Source: Aquificaceae bacterium (GTDB taxonomy: Bacteria > Aquificota > Aquificia > Aquificales > Aquificaceae). From it: DNA of 64,000 nucleotides. The DNA lies in contig JAXSNR010000002.1 of assembly GCA_037925075.1 (NCBI GenBank), positions 32,001-96,000 of the forward strand. Direction: 5' to 3'. Below the pieces are notes generated by a model. That model ran no database searches, was not told where the DNA came from, and saw only the letters and a program-made list of their open reading frames with translations. Made by a program: the position numbers and the translations under genes. Shown here one piece after another: positions 47,648-57,332 of the stretch; the first letter of the stretch is position 1, and the number at the start of each line of letters is the position of its first letter.

Positions 47648-50590
47648 CTAACTGTTTTTAAATAAAGCCTCTAATAACTGAGCAAACCTATAAAAGCTGT
47701 CAAACCAATATTCTTTATATTTATCAAGCACCTTTTCCATGTTCTCAGTTCTAAGAAATAGTTTTACACTAACTAAATATTCATTGTATCTGAATGTTTT
47801 ACAAATTTTGTTTTCACCTTCTTTATACTCAAATATTCTGGAATATCCATCAATCTTTCTATAACCTTCCGCATATTCCGTGCTTTTCGGATCAACAAAA
47901 AGAATAATGTATCTATTTCCTTTCTTTAACCAAAAGATGAAATCAGGCTTAAATTTTTCAATTTTATTTGTTTTAGGTTGATAGTAAGGAATATAGACCT
48001 CATCAAGATTTTCATCAATCTTAGAGAAAAACCACCAATCAAATTGTTCAAAAAAGTTATTTCGTGTTTTAAGATATTCTTCTAATTCCTTTATAAAATC
48101 AACTTCGCTCCTGGTTTTGATGATATGAGTAATGTAATTTATCTTCTCGTCTTCTGATAATAAAACAGGAATATAATAGTGGTTTTGAATGTAGTTAATG
48201 GCTAAAGGCCCATGTTCTACTTCTTTTATGAAATTTTTATCTATGTTCCTTATCTCTTCGGTATATTTATCAATATCTATTTCCCTCTTGTGAAGCTGTT
48301 CTTTAAGCTCCTTTTCCTTTTCTCCTTTTAGCGGATAAGCTTTGACTTTTATTATCTTTTCTCTAATGCTGTTTAATTTTTCCTTACTAATTCTTACCTG
48401 CTTAAAGTGTATGATTTCATTCTCCAGTGGCTTTAGCTCTCTAAATTCTTTAGTCCTTATTGAAAAATGGCGGGATATATTCCTAAGTAGAATTTCTGGC
48501 TTTGCAATTGTAGATACATTTTTATTAGTATTGTAGTATTCATCTTGATTACGAAAACTCTCTTTTATCTTCTTTAATATTTTTGGTTCCATATCAAACT
48601 TTACCAACGCTACTTTATCATCAATATAGTTAAGATAATTCATTGTAAGCTTCAAATCATCTTTGCTAATCTCAAACTTGATAAAATACTGTTCGTCAAC
48701 TAACATCTTTTCGCTTTCTGTATATACTGGAATTAAAAGCAACTTATCCTTTATATCAGGATTAATCTCAAAAAGGTTTCCTATAAGTTCTTCTTGTTTT
48801 TGTTCTTTAAGTGTTTCAATTACTTCTTTAAGGTTTTCTGCTTTTGTGCCATAAACAAAGAGTGTTTCAATTAGATTAATATTATTATTCTTCTTTATCT
48901 CTTCAAACATATTTTTCTTAATTTCATTGTTGTTATACAAAACTTCCAATCTTTTTCTTTTATTTGGCAATGGTTCAATACGAACACCTCTTCCTATAGA
49001 TTGCAAAACAAACTTTTTAGCATCTGTTCCTTTTCCTATGTTTATGTATAAAATAATGTTTGGCCTGTTGCTATCCCATCCTTCATAAAAAGCCCGAGAA
49101 CCCATTAAAATATTTATGTCAGAATCCTCTTTATTGATTTTTTCAAATACGCTTTCATCAACAAGCGTTTCGTTAATTTCATAACCAGAGAGCTTATCTT
49201 TAATCCATTTATATGTATCACCGATCCTTATAAGTGCAAAAGGCTTTTCGCTTGTTTTAAGTTTAAAGCTTATTTGTTTATTGTCCTTCTGCTTTTTTAA
49301 TACTTCAATATCACCATTTGTTTTAGCATTAAAAACATTTTCTAAAATATCTTCAAAAGTCAGATTATTAATCTGTTCATCCTCAAATTGAATTCTATCA
49401 GGGACAAATTCACAAGTATGTTGTAAATCGTTAATTAAATCCCTTTTGGCTTCCTGTAAAAGATCATCATCAACGCCATCTTTTGCAATTTTAACTAGCT
49501 CTCTAAAAAAGAGTTCAAGGTCGGAATCCTCTGTATTTACCGAATTTACCAGTGTTAGTATTAAAGGTTTATGATAAAAACCTTGTGGTTTTGATTTTTT
49601 TATTAGTGTATGGAGCAAGAAGATTTTTAAAATTATTACTTGTTTTTGTCTTTCTGTCAATTCTGTATGTTTTTGTAAGGCTTCTATATTTGATTGAGAT
49701 ATATAAACCTGCTTGCCATATCCACTCTGTATGAATTTTTCCAGATTAAAATTAAACACACAGGTTGCAAAATCTCTCGGATCAGTAAAGGTAGCCGAAA
49801 AGTTAAACAAAAATCCATTTCTGGAAAGTATAGAGTAATATAATTGTCTCTTACTATCCTCTTTATCACCCTTATGAGCTTCATCAAGGATTATGTACCA
49901 ATTACCATTGGCATCATAATTTCTGAAATCAATAATTTTCTCTTTTTGTTCATCGGATATTAAATCGCTTCTATAATAAAACACATCTATTTCATTCCCC
50001 ATTTTTAGCTTGTTTTCTCTTTTTACTTTTTCATAGTCCTTTAAACTATACAAGATAATATGTAAGGAGTTGTCCGAAGAGTTAAACTCATTAACATGTT
50101 TTTTAAATTGGTCAATAAGGTCTTCACGATAAGTTAGAAAGAGGATTTCTTTTTGTGGTATCTGTCCATTTTTTATGAGATTTCCAAGTAATTCAATTAG
50201 CTTAATAATAACAAGTGTTTTACCGCTTCCCGTTGCCATCCAAAAACTCATTCGGTTGATAAAGTTATAAAATGGTATAGTGCTGTTTTGTATTTCATAA
50301 TACTCCTCAAGGATTTTAAAAATTTTGTGATTTTTACCGTTCAATTTATAGTCAAGCCCTTTTGTTTCTATCAAGCCGTTATTTTTGTAAAGTTCAAAAA
50401 AGCTTTCTTTGTTTCCATTGCAATCTTTGTAATACTTATATAAAGCTTTCAAAGCATTTTCCAGTACTTTCTGTTGATAATCAAACAAGGTTTTTTTATT
50501 TGAAAACTTTGCTAAATCAAAGCTTAGCCAATCAGGTTCTAAGGATTGCATTTGAATGGAATTTACTATTTTTTGCAAGTACAGTTCCAT
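47648..50590 (-). CDS. res: Type III restriction endonuclease subunit
   Basis: LFDYQ, MATGSGKT, LDEAHKG, FSATF, EGWD, QSIGRGVR, C-terminal PDF..VDPK nuclease motif; AT-rich. Confidence 0.9.
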   Translation of the reverse strand: MELYLQKIVNSIQMQSLEPDWLSFDLAKFSNKKTLFDYQQKVLENALKALYKYYKDCNGNKESFFELYKNNGLIETKGLDYKLNGKNHKIFKILEEYYEIQNSTIPFYNFINRMSFWMATGSGKTLVIIKLIELLGNLIKNGQIPQKEILFLTYREDLIDQFKKHVNEFNSSDNSLHIILYSLKDYEKVKRENKLKMGNEIDVFYYRSDLISDEQKEKIIDFRNYDANGNWYIILDEAHKGDKEDSKRQLYYSILSRNGFLFNFSATFTDPRDFATCVFNFNLEKFIQSGYGKQVYISQSNIEALQKHTELTERQKQVIILKIFLLHTLIKKSKPQGFYHKPLILTLVNSVNTEDSDLELFFRELVKIAKDGVDDDLLQEAKRDLINDLQHTCEFVPDRIQFEDEQINNLTFEDILENVFNAKTNGDIEVLKKQKDNKQISFKLKTSEKPFALIRIGDTYKWIKDKLSGYEINETLVDESVFEKINKEDSDINILMGSRAFYEGWDSNRPNIILYINIGKGTDAKKFVLQSIGRGVRIEPLPNKRKRLEVLYNNNEIKKNMFEEIKKNNNINLIETLFVYGTKAENLKEVIETLKEQKQEELIGNLFEINPDIKDKLLLIPVYTESEKMLVDEQYFIKFEISKDDLKLTMNYLNYIDDKVALVKFDMEPKILKKIKESFRNQDEYYNTNKNVSTIAKPEILLRNISRHFSIRTKEFRELKPLENEIIHFKQVRISKEKLNSIREKIIKVKAYPLKGEKEKELKEQLHKREIDIDKYTEEIRNIDKNFIKEVEHGPLAINYIQNHYYIPVLLSEDEKINYITHIIKTRSEVDFIKELEEYLKTRNNFFEQFDWWFFSKIDENLDEVYIPYYQPKTNKIEKFKPDFIFWLKKGNRYIILFVDPKSTEYAEGYRKIDGYSRIFEYKEGENKICKTFRYNEYLVSVKLFLRTENMEKVLDKYKEYWFDSFYRFAQLLEALFKNS

Positions 50591-50594
50591 TATT

Positions 50595-53222
50595 TCACTC
50601 CCACCATATAAGTGGTTTAATAAGTTTATAATCTAAATCTTTTGTGTTTATAACCGTTCCATCTTCAAACTCTACTTCATCTTTCCGGATTTTCTTGATC
50701 CACTTACCTGTAAGATTAGATAGGGTTTCCGCAATGTCAATGTTAGAATAAAGCTTTGATAAATCTACTTTCACTTTGTTATTTTCATAGTCTATTTCAA
50801 GAGCTTTGAGCATTTTTTCATCCTTCATAAAAACATACTCTTGGTATGGATCCCTTCGGGGTATAGTAAATAGGTCCCCATCTTCATACTTACAATTTGC
50901 CAGTGTTTCTTCGTATTGTTCAAGTTCGTAGTATTTAAAGAATATTCCTATACCATCTACATCTTTTGGCTTACCTTCTTCCCAGTTAAATGAATAGGCA
51001 ATCTTTTTAATTCTCGGAATGATTACGGTTTCAAAGTAATCTGCCATTTCTACAAGGATAAACTTTCTTTTGCCTCCATCTTCTTTATTTAGTTTCATAA
51101 CTGCGTGAGCGGTTGTGCCAGAGCCGGCGAAGAAGTCGAGAATTAAGTCTTTTTTACGTGATGAAACGTAAATTAAAAGCTTTATTAAATTAGTGGGTTT
51201 TGCAGTATCAAAAGTTACACCTAATAAATTCTTTAGTTCTTTTGTCGCTTCGGAAGTTCCTCCAATTTTATAAGGCAATTCATTATCATCTAAAACACTT
51301 TTCAATGGATCCCCATTAATCATACCCTCAGCATCATGTAAATACTTTTTTATCATAATTCTATATTTGTCCCTCTCTTTAATTACACCAATTACTCCGC
51401 GAGCATAAACCTCTTCCATACTCTTCTTTGTCATTGCGAATACTGATTCTCCGTCCTCAGATGGATAAATAACTACTTCTTGTGTTGGATCTATTTCCTC
51501 TGTATTCTTTTTGAAATCTAATCTATCTTCCTTGAAGTTATATACAACACCATAGAATAGATTGGGCCTTTGTTCTTTAGTATATTGATGAATTACCAAA
51601 TCATGCCACTTGAATATTCCATGTTGATCTTTATTTACGTACTTCCTTAGTTTTGTTGGACTCAAAATATTCGTAAAAATCTTGGAATTTTGTAATCCCC
51701 ATACAAATATATATTCATGAATTTCTGTAATATCTGAAATAACATAACTACCACTTGCACTTCTTCTTTTCCAAACTAGGTCTGCAAAGCGTTTTTCAAA
51801 TAGATTTTCTAAGATAATGCCGAGTTTATAAGATTCCTTGTAGTAGTTTTGATTATTCGCTATACTTACAAAGATAACTCCATCGCTTTTCATTAACTCC
51901 CTTGCCAAACTTAACCTATTTTCCATCATCGTAAGCCAAGAAGAAGATCTAAATCTATCACTATAAATAAATTCATCACTTCCCGTGTTATAAGGTGGGT
52001 CAATATAGATTGTCTGCACCTTTTCCCTAAATTTTGGTAAAATAGTATTCAATGCCTGATAGTTTTCACTTTTTATAAGCCAACCATCCAAGGAATTATC
52101 TAAATCATCAAACAATCCAAGAATTTCAAGTTCTAAATCCTTAAAGTACTTTGTATCAATAGGTAAATGCTTGTATTTGTTTGATAACTTCTTACCTGTT
52201 AAATCCTTTTCAAAAACATTCTCCACCTTAAAGCTCTCATCTACTATTCCCAACTCTTGCCATTCTTTTATCTGCTCTTTAATGTTTTCGTGGTTTAGTA
52301 TCTTTTCAATAACACTGTATCCACCATCCTTTTCCGCTATCCTGTCCAGTGTAATCACATAGTTAGAGTTTTTCACAAACTTTGGTTTGTTCCAGATTTT
52401 TAACAGTTCATCTTCAAACTGCGATATAAAGTCAATAATCTTAAAAGCAATTTCCTTTAGGATTTGCAATTGATTTATCCTATCCGCTGTCCATTCTTTT
52501 GCTCCATCCCAAACATATTGGTAAACCCATAGTTTAAACTGCTCATGTAAAAAGGCTTTGGCGTTCTTGTTAATAAAGAAATCAACTTCGCTTTGTTTTT
52601 CAAAAATCTTAAAGGCACGTTCCAATTGGTCTTCGGTAATCTTAATACCTTTTCCCTTTAGAGCCTTTAAAATCTCCTCCTGCTTTGTTTTTGTTCCTTT
52701 TTCAGAGTATTTAATACTAAAAACAATTGTCCCATCTTCCTTAACCTCTTTTAATTCAAAAACCAAGGATCTTTTCTCATTAGCTTTCTTGTTTTCTATC
52801 TCTGTCGCATCAAAGTAGAATTTAAGTCCGTCAAACTCCACAGGCAAACTTCTAAAAATCCTGTCGGTTTTCACATAATAGAGCATATGAGTTTTCCAGA
52901 ATAAAATAACATCTCTATCATCAGTATAAACTTTCTCGTAAATATTGCTATGAAAAGGCGTTGAATTAAAATAAATTGAGCCACTTTCTGTGAAATATCT
53001 ACTAAAGAAAGAATAAAGCTTATCAAAGAGTTCATCCCTAAAGGATGGGTATTTTTCTAAAGCCTTTTCTATATCTTCCCTTAGAAACTTCTCTATTTTT
53101 TCATAGTATTTTGATTTTATATTCATTAAGTTAATAAAACCACCTTTGCCTTCAACCTTCGCACCGACAAATACGTCCCGCAAGGCGGAATAAAATTTTT
53201 GTTCCTTACTTTCGGTAGCCAT
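50595..53222 (-). CDS. mod: Type III R-M N6-adenine methyltransferase
   Basis: IYIDPPYNTG precedes ILDFFAGSGTT (beta order), with a target-recognition region between them; 4 nt upstream of res. Confidence 0.9.
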   Translation of the reverse strand: MATESKEQKFYSALRDVFVGAKVEGKGGFINLMNIKSKYYEKIEKFLREDIEKALEKYPSFRDELFDKLYSFFSRYFTESGSIYFNSTPFHSNIYEKVYTDDRDVILFWKTHMLYYVKTDRIFRSLPVEFDGLKFYFDATEIENKKANEKRSLVFELKEVKEDGTIVFSIKYSEKGTKTKQEEILKALKGKGIKITEDQLERAFKIFEKQSEVDFFINKNAKAFLHEQFKLWVYQYVWDGAKEWTADRINQLQILKEIAFKIIDFISQFEDELLKIWNKPKFVKNSNYVITLDRIAEKDGGYSVIEKILNHENIKEQIKEWQELGIVDESFKVENVFEKDLTGKKLSNKYKHLPIDTKYFKDLELEILGLFDDLDNSLDGWLIKSENYQALNTILPKFREKVQTIYIDPPYNTGSDEFIYSDRFRSSSWLTMMENRLSLARELMKSDGVIFVSIANNQNYYKESYKLGIILENLFEKRFADLVWKRRSASGSYVISDITEIHEYIFVWGLQNSKIFTNILSPTKLRKYVNKDQHGIFKWHDLVIHQYTKEQRPNLFYGVVYNFKEDRLDFKKNTEEIDPTQEVVIYPSEDGESVFAMTKKSMEEVYARGVIGVIKERDKYRIMIKKYLHDAEGMINGDPLKSVLDDNELPYKIGGTSEATKELKNLLGVTFDTAKPTNLIKLLIYVSSRKKDLILDFFAGSGTTAHAVMKLNKEDGGKRKFILVEMADYFETVIIPRIKKIAYSFNWEEGKPKDVDGIGIFFKYYELEQYEETLANCKYEDGDLFTIPRRDPYQEYVFMKDEKMLKALEIDYENNKVKVDLSKLYSNIDIAETLSNLTGKWIKKIRKDEVEFEDGTVINTKDLDYKLIKPLIWWE

Positions 53223-53275
53223 GTATATTATTATAACCCATTTGGGAATTTTTTATCCCGCTTGTATGTTCTAAC

Positions 53276-53476
53276 CTATCCTCCCTCTTTTGACTTGTTT
53301 TTCACCTCTGGTGGCAAAAAGCTTACATCCTTGTAGTATGTAGGTCTGAAAAAGATCCAATGCTTGAGGTTTTCAGGGGTTTTTGAATAGGAAACTTCAC
53401 ATAGCAAACCACCTTCCATTAATAAGGTTTCAAAAGGAATATCGTTTATGATGTTTTGTAAGTATAATTTAGACAT
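53276..53476 (-). pseudogene. Chimeric ORF: Res N-terminal remnant fused to a duplicate of the 3' end of gene 54467-54829
   Basis: MSKLYLQNIINDIPFETL resembles the Res start MELYLQKIVNSIQMQSL; then EGGLLCEVSYSKTPENLKHWIFFRPTYYKDVSFLPPE nearly matches the 120 aa protein's C-terminus. Confidence 0.8.
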
Positions 53477-54203
53477 TTTCAAGCGTTATTTCTTCTCCAT
53501 TACTGAATACTTTTAAGCCTTTAATCTCAATCCATTCCTCTCCAATAGTTAAAGGTTCTGTAGCTATTATCACCGCCTTCTCGTCTGGCTTTTTAATTTC
53601 TTCAAGGCTCAAGCTATATCCTTTATCTTTTAGTGTTACTTTCGGAAACGGTGCTTGTCGTTTCACAAAATATAATGCGTCATGCCCAAATGCAAAAAGA
53701 TAGTTCCCGTCGGACATCAAGAAATTAAATCTACCTAATTTAGAGATCTTCTCTGCTTCCAGCTTTAGAATTTTGTAAATATCTTGAAGCTTCTCTTTTC
53801 CGGCAATTTTATCCAACAAATAACAGAATGCGTGTTCAGAATCAGTATCTCCCTCAGGTTTAAAATTCTCTAATGCCCAAGATTTTATTTTCCTTACTGT
53901 TCCATTATGAGCAAATGACCAGTTTTTTCTATCAAATGGATGGGTATTTTTATGAGCTTGGCTACCACAACTTGCTAATCGAACATGCCCAATGATAATT
54001 TTGCTTTTGAATTTAAATTTATTATCAGTTATATCAGCATCAGCAAGAGATGTTGGACTTTTAATTATTTTGAGGGTGTTATTTTCGTCGTAAAAAGCAA
54101 AGCCATAGCCATGATAATTTGATCTTCCCCTAAGTTGAAATTCCTCTAAGGAAAGATTGATATCAACAAAATTATTGGATGATACTCCTAAAAGTTGACA
54201 CAT
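53469..54203 (-). CDS. Class II glutamine amidotransferase / Ntn hydrolase (YafJ/EgtC-like)
   Basis: N-terminal nucleophile MC, HGYGFAFY, GHVRLAS, NTHPF, FAHNG, GDTDSE, NFLMSDG, IATEPL. Confidence 0.9.
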   Translation of the reverse strand: MCQLLGVSSNNFVDINLSLEEFQLRGRSNYHGYGFAFYDENNTLKIIKSPTSLADADITDNKFKFKSKIIIGHVRLASCGSQAHKNTHPFDRKNWSFAHNGTVRKIKSWALENFKPEGDTDSEHAFCYLLDKIAGKEKLQDIYKILKLEAEKISKLGRFNFLMSDGNYLFAFGHDALYFVKRQAPFPKVTLKDKGYSLSLEEIKKPDEKAVIIATEPLTIGEEWIEIKGLKVFSNGEEITLENV

Positions 54204-54207
54204 GTTT

Positions 54208-54418
54208 TTACCCCCACCAAATTAAAGGTTTAATCAATTTATAATCCAAATCTTTGGTATTAATTTTTGTACTGTCTACAAATTTCACTTTTCTTAATCC
54301 AATTTTTTATAATATTCTGATTTTATCTTCATCAAATTGACAAAACCACCTTCGCTCTCAACCTCCGCACCAATAAATAAGTCTCGCAAGGCTTTATAAA
54401 ATTTTTGTACTTTGACAT
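54208..54418 (-). pseudogene. Internally deleted mod gene remnant
   Basis: Translates, with frameshifts, to QKFYKALRDLFIGAEVESEGGFVNLMKIKSEYY (Mod N-terminus) joined to WIKK/VKFVDSTKINTKDLDYKLIKPLIWWG* (Mod C-terminus). Confidence 0.88.
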
Positions 54419-54421
54419 ATT

Positions 54422-54450
54422 ATTATAACCCATTTGGGAATTTTTGTCAA
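54422..54450 (-). promoter_or_regulatory. Consensus sigma-70 promoter
   Basis: Minus strand TTGACA-N17-TATAAT directly upstream of the mod remnant and amidotransferase. Confidence 0.85.
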
Positions 54451-54466
54451 GCTTGTGTGGTCTAGC

Positions 54467-54829
54467 CTATTGTCCCTTTTTCGGCTTGTTTTTCGCCTCT
54501 GGTGGCAAAAAGCTTACATCCTTGTAATAGGTAGGCCTGAAAAAGACCCAATGCTTAAGGTTTTCGGGGGTTTTTGAATAGCAAATTTCACATAGCAAAC
54601 CTCCCTCCACCAACTTTGAATTGTCATCACAGCAATCCGTTAGGTTCCAAAACTCATAGTTATCATGAAATATTAGCTTGCTACAGCCAAGACATTCATA
54701 AAGCTTACAGCCCTTTGAGGATAGAAACTCTTTAAGCTCCATATCCTCAGGAAGCTTTTCAAGTTCAAAGAGGTTTTTGAGAAACTCTTTCTGTCTCTTT
54801 TCCAGCTCCCTTATCTTCATGGTACTCAC
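54467..54829 (-). CDS. Cys-rich hypothetical protein (probable Zn-binding)
   Basis: CLGC, DCCDD, CEIC motifs; start overlaps the SLT stop. Confidence 0.72.
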   Translation of the reverse strand: MSTMKIRELEKRQKEFLKNLFELEKLPEDMELKEFLSSKGCKLYECLGCSKLIFHDNYEFWNLTDCCDDNSKLVEGGLLCEICYSKTPENLKHWVFFRPTYYKDVSFLPPEAKNKPKKGQ

Positions 54830-55332
54830 CTAAAAAGGGATACCTTTTCAAAAACTCCTTTTACATAGTCCCAGTTGTCCGCCTTTAGTCCGTTGTAGGC
54901 TTTTACCGCCATAGGCCAATTGCCAAACCTTTGAAAGTTCTCGTAGAGTATCCTTGCTCCAAGTTCTATGTTGGTTTCTATGTCAAAAAGCTGGTCTGGG
55001 TCGGTTATACCGTATTCCCTCATAAGCCTTATGTTGTGCTGGTAGTTTACCTGCATAAGGCCTCTGTCTTCTGTGCCATCTTTGTTTTTGTTGTATGCCC
55101 TTGGATTGAAGTTGCTTTCTTGCTTTATTATGGCAAGGATTAGCTCTTTGGGAATGTTATACTTTAATGAAACCTCCTCCACCTTTGCCCTTATTCTTGC
55201 ATCCATCGGTAAGTTTTCCTTATCCTGCCTTTTTTCTATGGCTAAGTTTAGATAAGAACTAAAACTCTCTTGGGCTTTTATATGAGCCTCCCTTGTGGTT
55301 TTAAGCTCTAACTTCCATCCTTCTATTCTCAT
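54826..55332 (-). CDS. Lytic transglycosylase (SLT domain)
   Basis: AIIKQESNFNP, GLMQVN, NIELG, AYN; probable start ATG 55332. Confidence 0.88.
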   Translation of the reverse strand: MRIEGWKLELKTTREAHIKAQESFSSYLNLAIEKRQDKENLPMDARIRAKVEEVSLKYNIPKELILAIIKQESNFNPRAYNKNKDGTEDRGLMQVNYQHNIRLMREYGITDPDQLFDIETNIELGARILYENFQRFGNWPMAVKAYNGLKADNWDYVKGVFEKVSLFR

Positions 55333-55774
55333 GCCTTCTTTCCTTACAATCGGAGCATATGCCAAAGATTTCAAGCCTGTGATTTATTGGTGTAAAACTG
55401 TGTTCTTCGCATACCTTGTCTTGGAGGTTTTCTATCTCTTCCTTGTAAAACTCTATTATCTTTCCACATTCAACGCATATGAGGTGCTCATGATGGGGTT
55501 TTCCTGCGACAAATTCGTATATGGTTCTGTTGCCAAGCTTTATGACTTCCCGTATGGCTCCAAACTCTTGAAGAAGGCGTACCGTTCTGTAAACGGTGGA
55601 CCTGCTGGCTATGGATCTATCTTGGTTTGATATCCAACGTACCAACTCTTCTATTTCAAAGTGTGGACCGTAGTTAGCTATTTTATCAATTATTTCAAAC
55701 CTTCCCTTTGTAATCTTATGTCCGTTTTGTCTCAAAAACTGCTCAAACTTCTGCTTTAGCTCTTCCAACTGCAT
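55301..55774 (-). CDS. Fur-family transcriptional regulator
   Basis: KITKGR, SRSTVYRT, HHEHLICVECG, GICSDC. Confidence 0.92.
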   Translation of the reverse strand: MQLEELKQKFEQFLRQNGHKITKGRFEIIDKIANYGPHFEIEELVRWISNQDRSIASRSTVYRTVRLLQEFGAIREVIKLGNRTIYEFVAGKPHHEHLICVECGKIIEFYKEEIENLQDKVCEEHSFTPINHRLEIFGICSDCKERRHENRRMEVRA

Positions 55775-55822
55775 GGCATATAATATAAGCTAACTGAATA
55801 TCATTTGCAACAGGAGGAAAAG

Positions 55823-56485
55823 ATGAAAAAGCCAAACCTTACCCTTTACCTTGTGACCGATGACCGATACTTTCAAGATAGGGACCTTGTTTCTACCATA
55901 GAGTCTGCCATAAGGGGTGGTATCACAGCCCTTCAGTACAGGTTCAAAAACAAGCCAGCAAGGCAGATGTACGAAGAGCTTTTGGTTCTCAGAGAATTGA
56001 CCCAGAGGTACGGCGTTCAGCTTGTGGTAAACGATAGGGTGGATTTAGCCCTTGCAGTTGGAGCGGACGGGGTGCATGTGGGTCAAGAGGACCTTCCTCC
56101 AGATGTGGTCCGGAAGCTTGTAGGAGAAAGTATGTTTATAGGCTATTCGGTAAACTCGGTAGAAAAGCTAAGGGAAGTGGAACACCTGCCTATAGATTAC
56201 ATAGGCTTTGGCTCTGTTTATGAAACCACTACAAAGGCAAACTACAAGCTTGTGGGTATAGAGGGTTTGCGTCAGGCGGTAAAGCTTACTTCAAAGCCCA
56301 TAGTGGCCATAGGGGGTATAACCCATTACAGAGTTGGTGAGGTCCTCTCTGCGGGGGCAAAGGGTGTTGCGGTGGTCTCTGCCATACTGGGCTTTGAGGA
56401 TGTGGAGAAGGCAACAAGGAGCCTCGTGGAAGCTATGAAGGGCTACTACAGAAGGGCTTTGCATGAAGGTTTTGTATCTCCTTGA
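55823..56485 (+). CDS. thiE: Thiamine-phosphate synthase
   Basis: LYLVTD, QYRFK, VNDRVDLA, GVHVGQED, VAIGGI; SD AGGAGG and ATG 55823. Confidence 0.94.
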   Translation: MKKPNLTLYLVTDDRYFQDRDLVSTIESAIRGGITALQYRFKNKPARQMYEELLVLRELTQRYGVQLVVNDRVDLALAVGADGVHVGQEDLPPDVVRKLVGESMFIGYSVNSVEKLREVEHLPIDYIGFGSVYETTTKANYKLVGIEGLRQAVKLTSKPIVAIGGITHYRVGEVLSAGAKGVAVVSAILGFEDVEKATRSLVEAMKGYYRRALHEGFVSP

Positions 56486-57332
56486 CGGATCTGCCTTTTT
56501 GTACAGGAGCTTTTTTGCACTTCCTCCTCTTTCCACAAAGTCTGGCTTCCCTACGGGTGCCATATACGGCTTTATGAGGGCTGTTCTTGCCCTTTTAAAG
56601 ACGGAAAAACCCTCCTACTTTGCCATAGCCTTTGACCATCCCGCACCCACACAAAGAGAAAAGGTCTACAGAGAATACAAAGCCAAAAGGCCTTCCATGC
56701 CAGACCCACTAAAGCTTCAGATACCGGTGATAAAGGAGCTTGTGGACCTTCTTGGTATCAAAAGGTATGAGATGGAAGGCTACGAGGCGGACGACCTTAT
56801 AGCAACCATAAGCTGGTGGGCTCTTGAAAGGGACTTTTCTGTTAAGGTCTACTCTCCTGACAAGGATATGCTCCAGTTAGTATGCGAAAGGCTTGTGCTG
56901 GTTAATCCCATAAGCGGTGAGGTCTTTGACAGAAGGAAGGTTTTAGAAAAGTTTGGCGTTCCTCCAGAAAAGCTAAAAGATTACCTTGCCCTTGTGGGTG
57001 ATAAGGTGGACAACATAGAGGGCGTAAAGGGCATAGGTCCAAAGACAGCCATCAAGGTTCTTGAGGTCTACGGTAGCGTAGAGAATCTTCTGAGAAATTG
57101 GGAGGACTTTGTTGGTTCCTTCCCTCAAGCGAGAAAGGAAAGCCTTGAGCTTGCCCTTTCACTTCTTGAATTGCACAGGATAGAAGACATGGAGCTATCT
57201 GAAGAAGAGCTAAGGCTAAAAAAACCTCAGCTTGAAGCACTGAAAAGAAAGCTTGAAGATTTAGAGATGAAGAGCCTTATAAGGGAGGTGGAAAACCTTT
57301 CAAAGGCACCCACGCAGAAGAGCCTTTTCTAA
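56463..57332 (+). CDS. Stand-alone 5'-3' exonuclease (PolI N-terminal domain)
   Basis: LLDGSAFLYRSFFALP, YKAKR, GYEADDLIAT, DKD, GDKVDNIEGVKGIGPKTA; no polymerase domain. Confidence 0.92.
   Translation: MKVLYLLDGSAFLYRSFFALPPLSTKSGFPTGAIYGFMRAVLALLKTEKPSYFAIAFDHPAPTQREKVYREYKAKRPSMPDPLKLQIPVIKELVDLLGIKRYEMEGYEADDLIATISWWALERDFSVKVYSPDKDMLQLVCERLVLVNPISGEVFDRRKVLEKFGVPPEKLKDYLALVGDKVDNIEGVKGIGPKTAIKVLEVYGSVENLLRNWEDFVGSFPQARKESLELALSLLELHRIEDMELSEEELRLKKPQLEALKRKLEDLEMKSLIREVENLSKAPTQKSLF

Larger units (their letters stand above)
53130..54608. repeat. Imperfect direct repeat of about 280 bp (about 53130-53418 and 54335-54608) bracketing the amidotransferase
   Basis: Shared blocks include TATTATTATAACCCATTTGGGAATTTTT, CCTCTGGTGGCAAAAAGCTTACATCCTTGTA and TTCACATAGCAAACC. 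Confidence 0.88.

Noticed and set aside
56463..57332. Truncated polA pseudogene
   Set aside because: The ORF is intact with a clean stop, and a separate 5'-3' exonuclease gene is a known arrangement in Aquificae.
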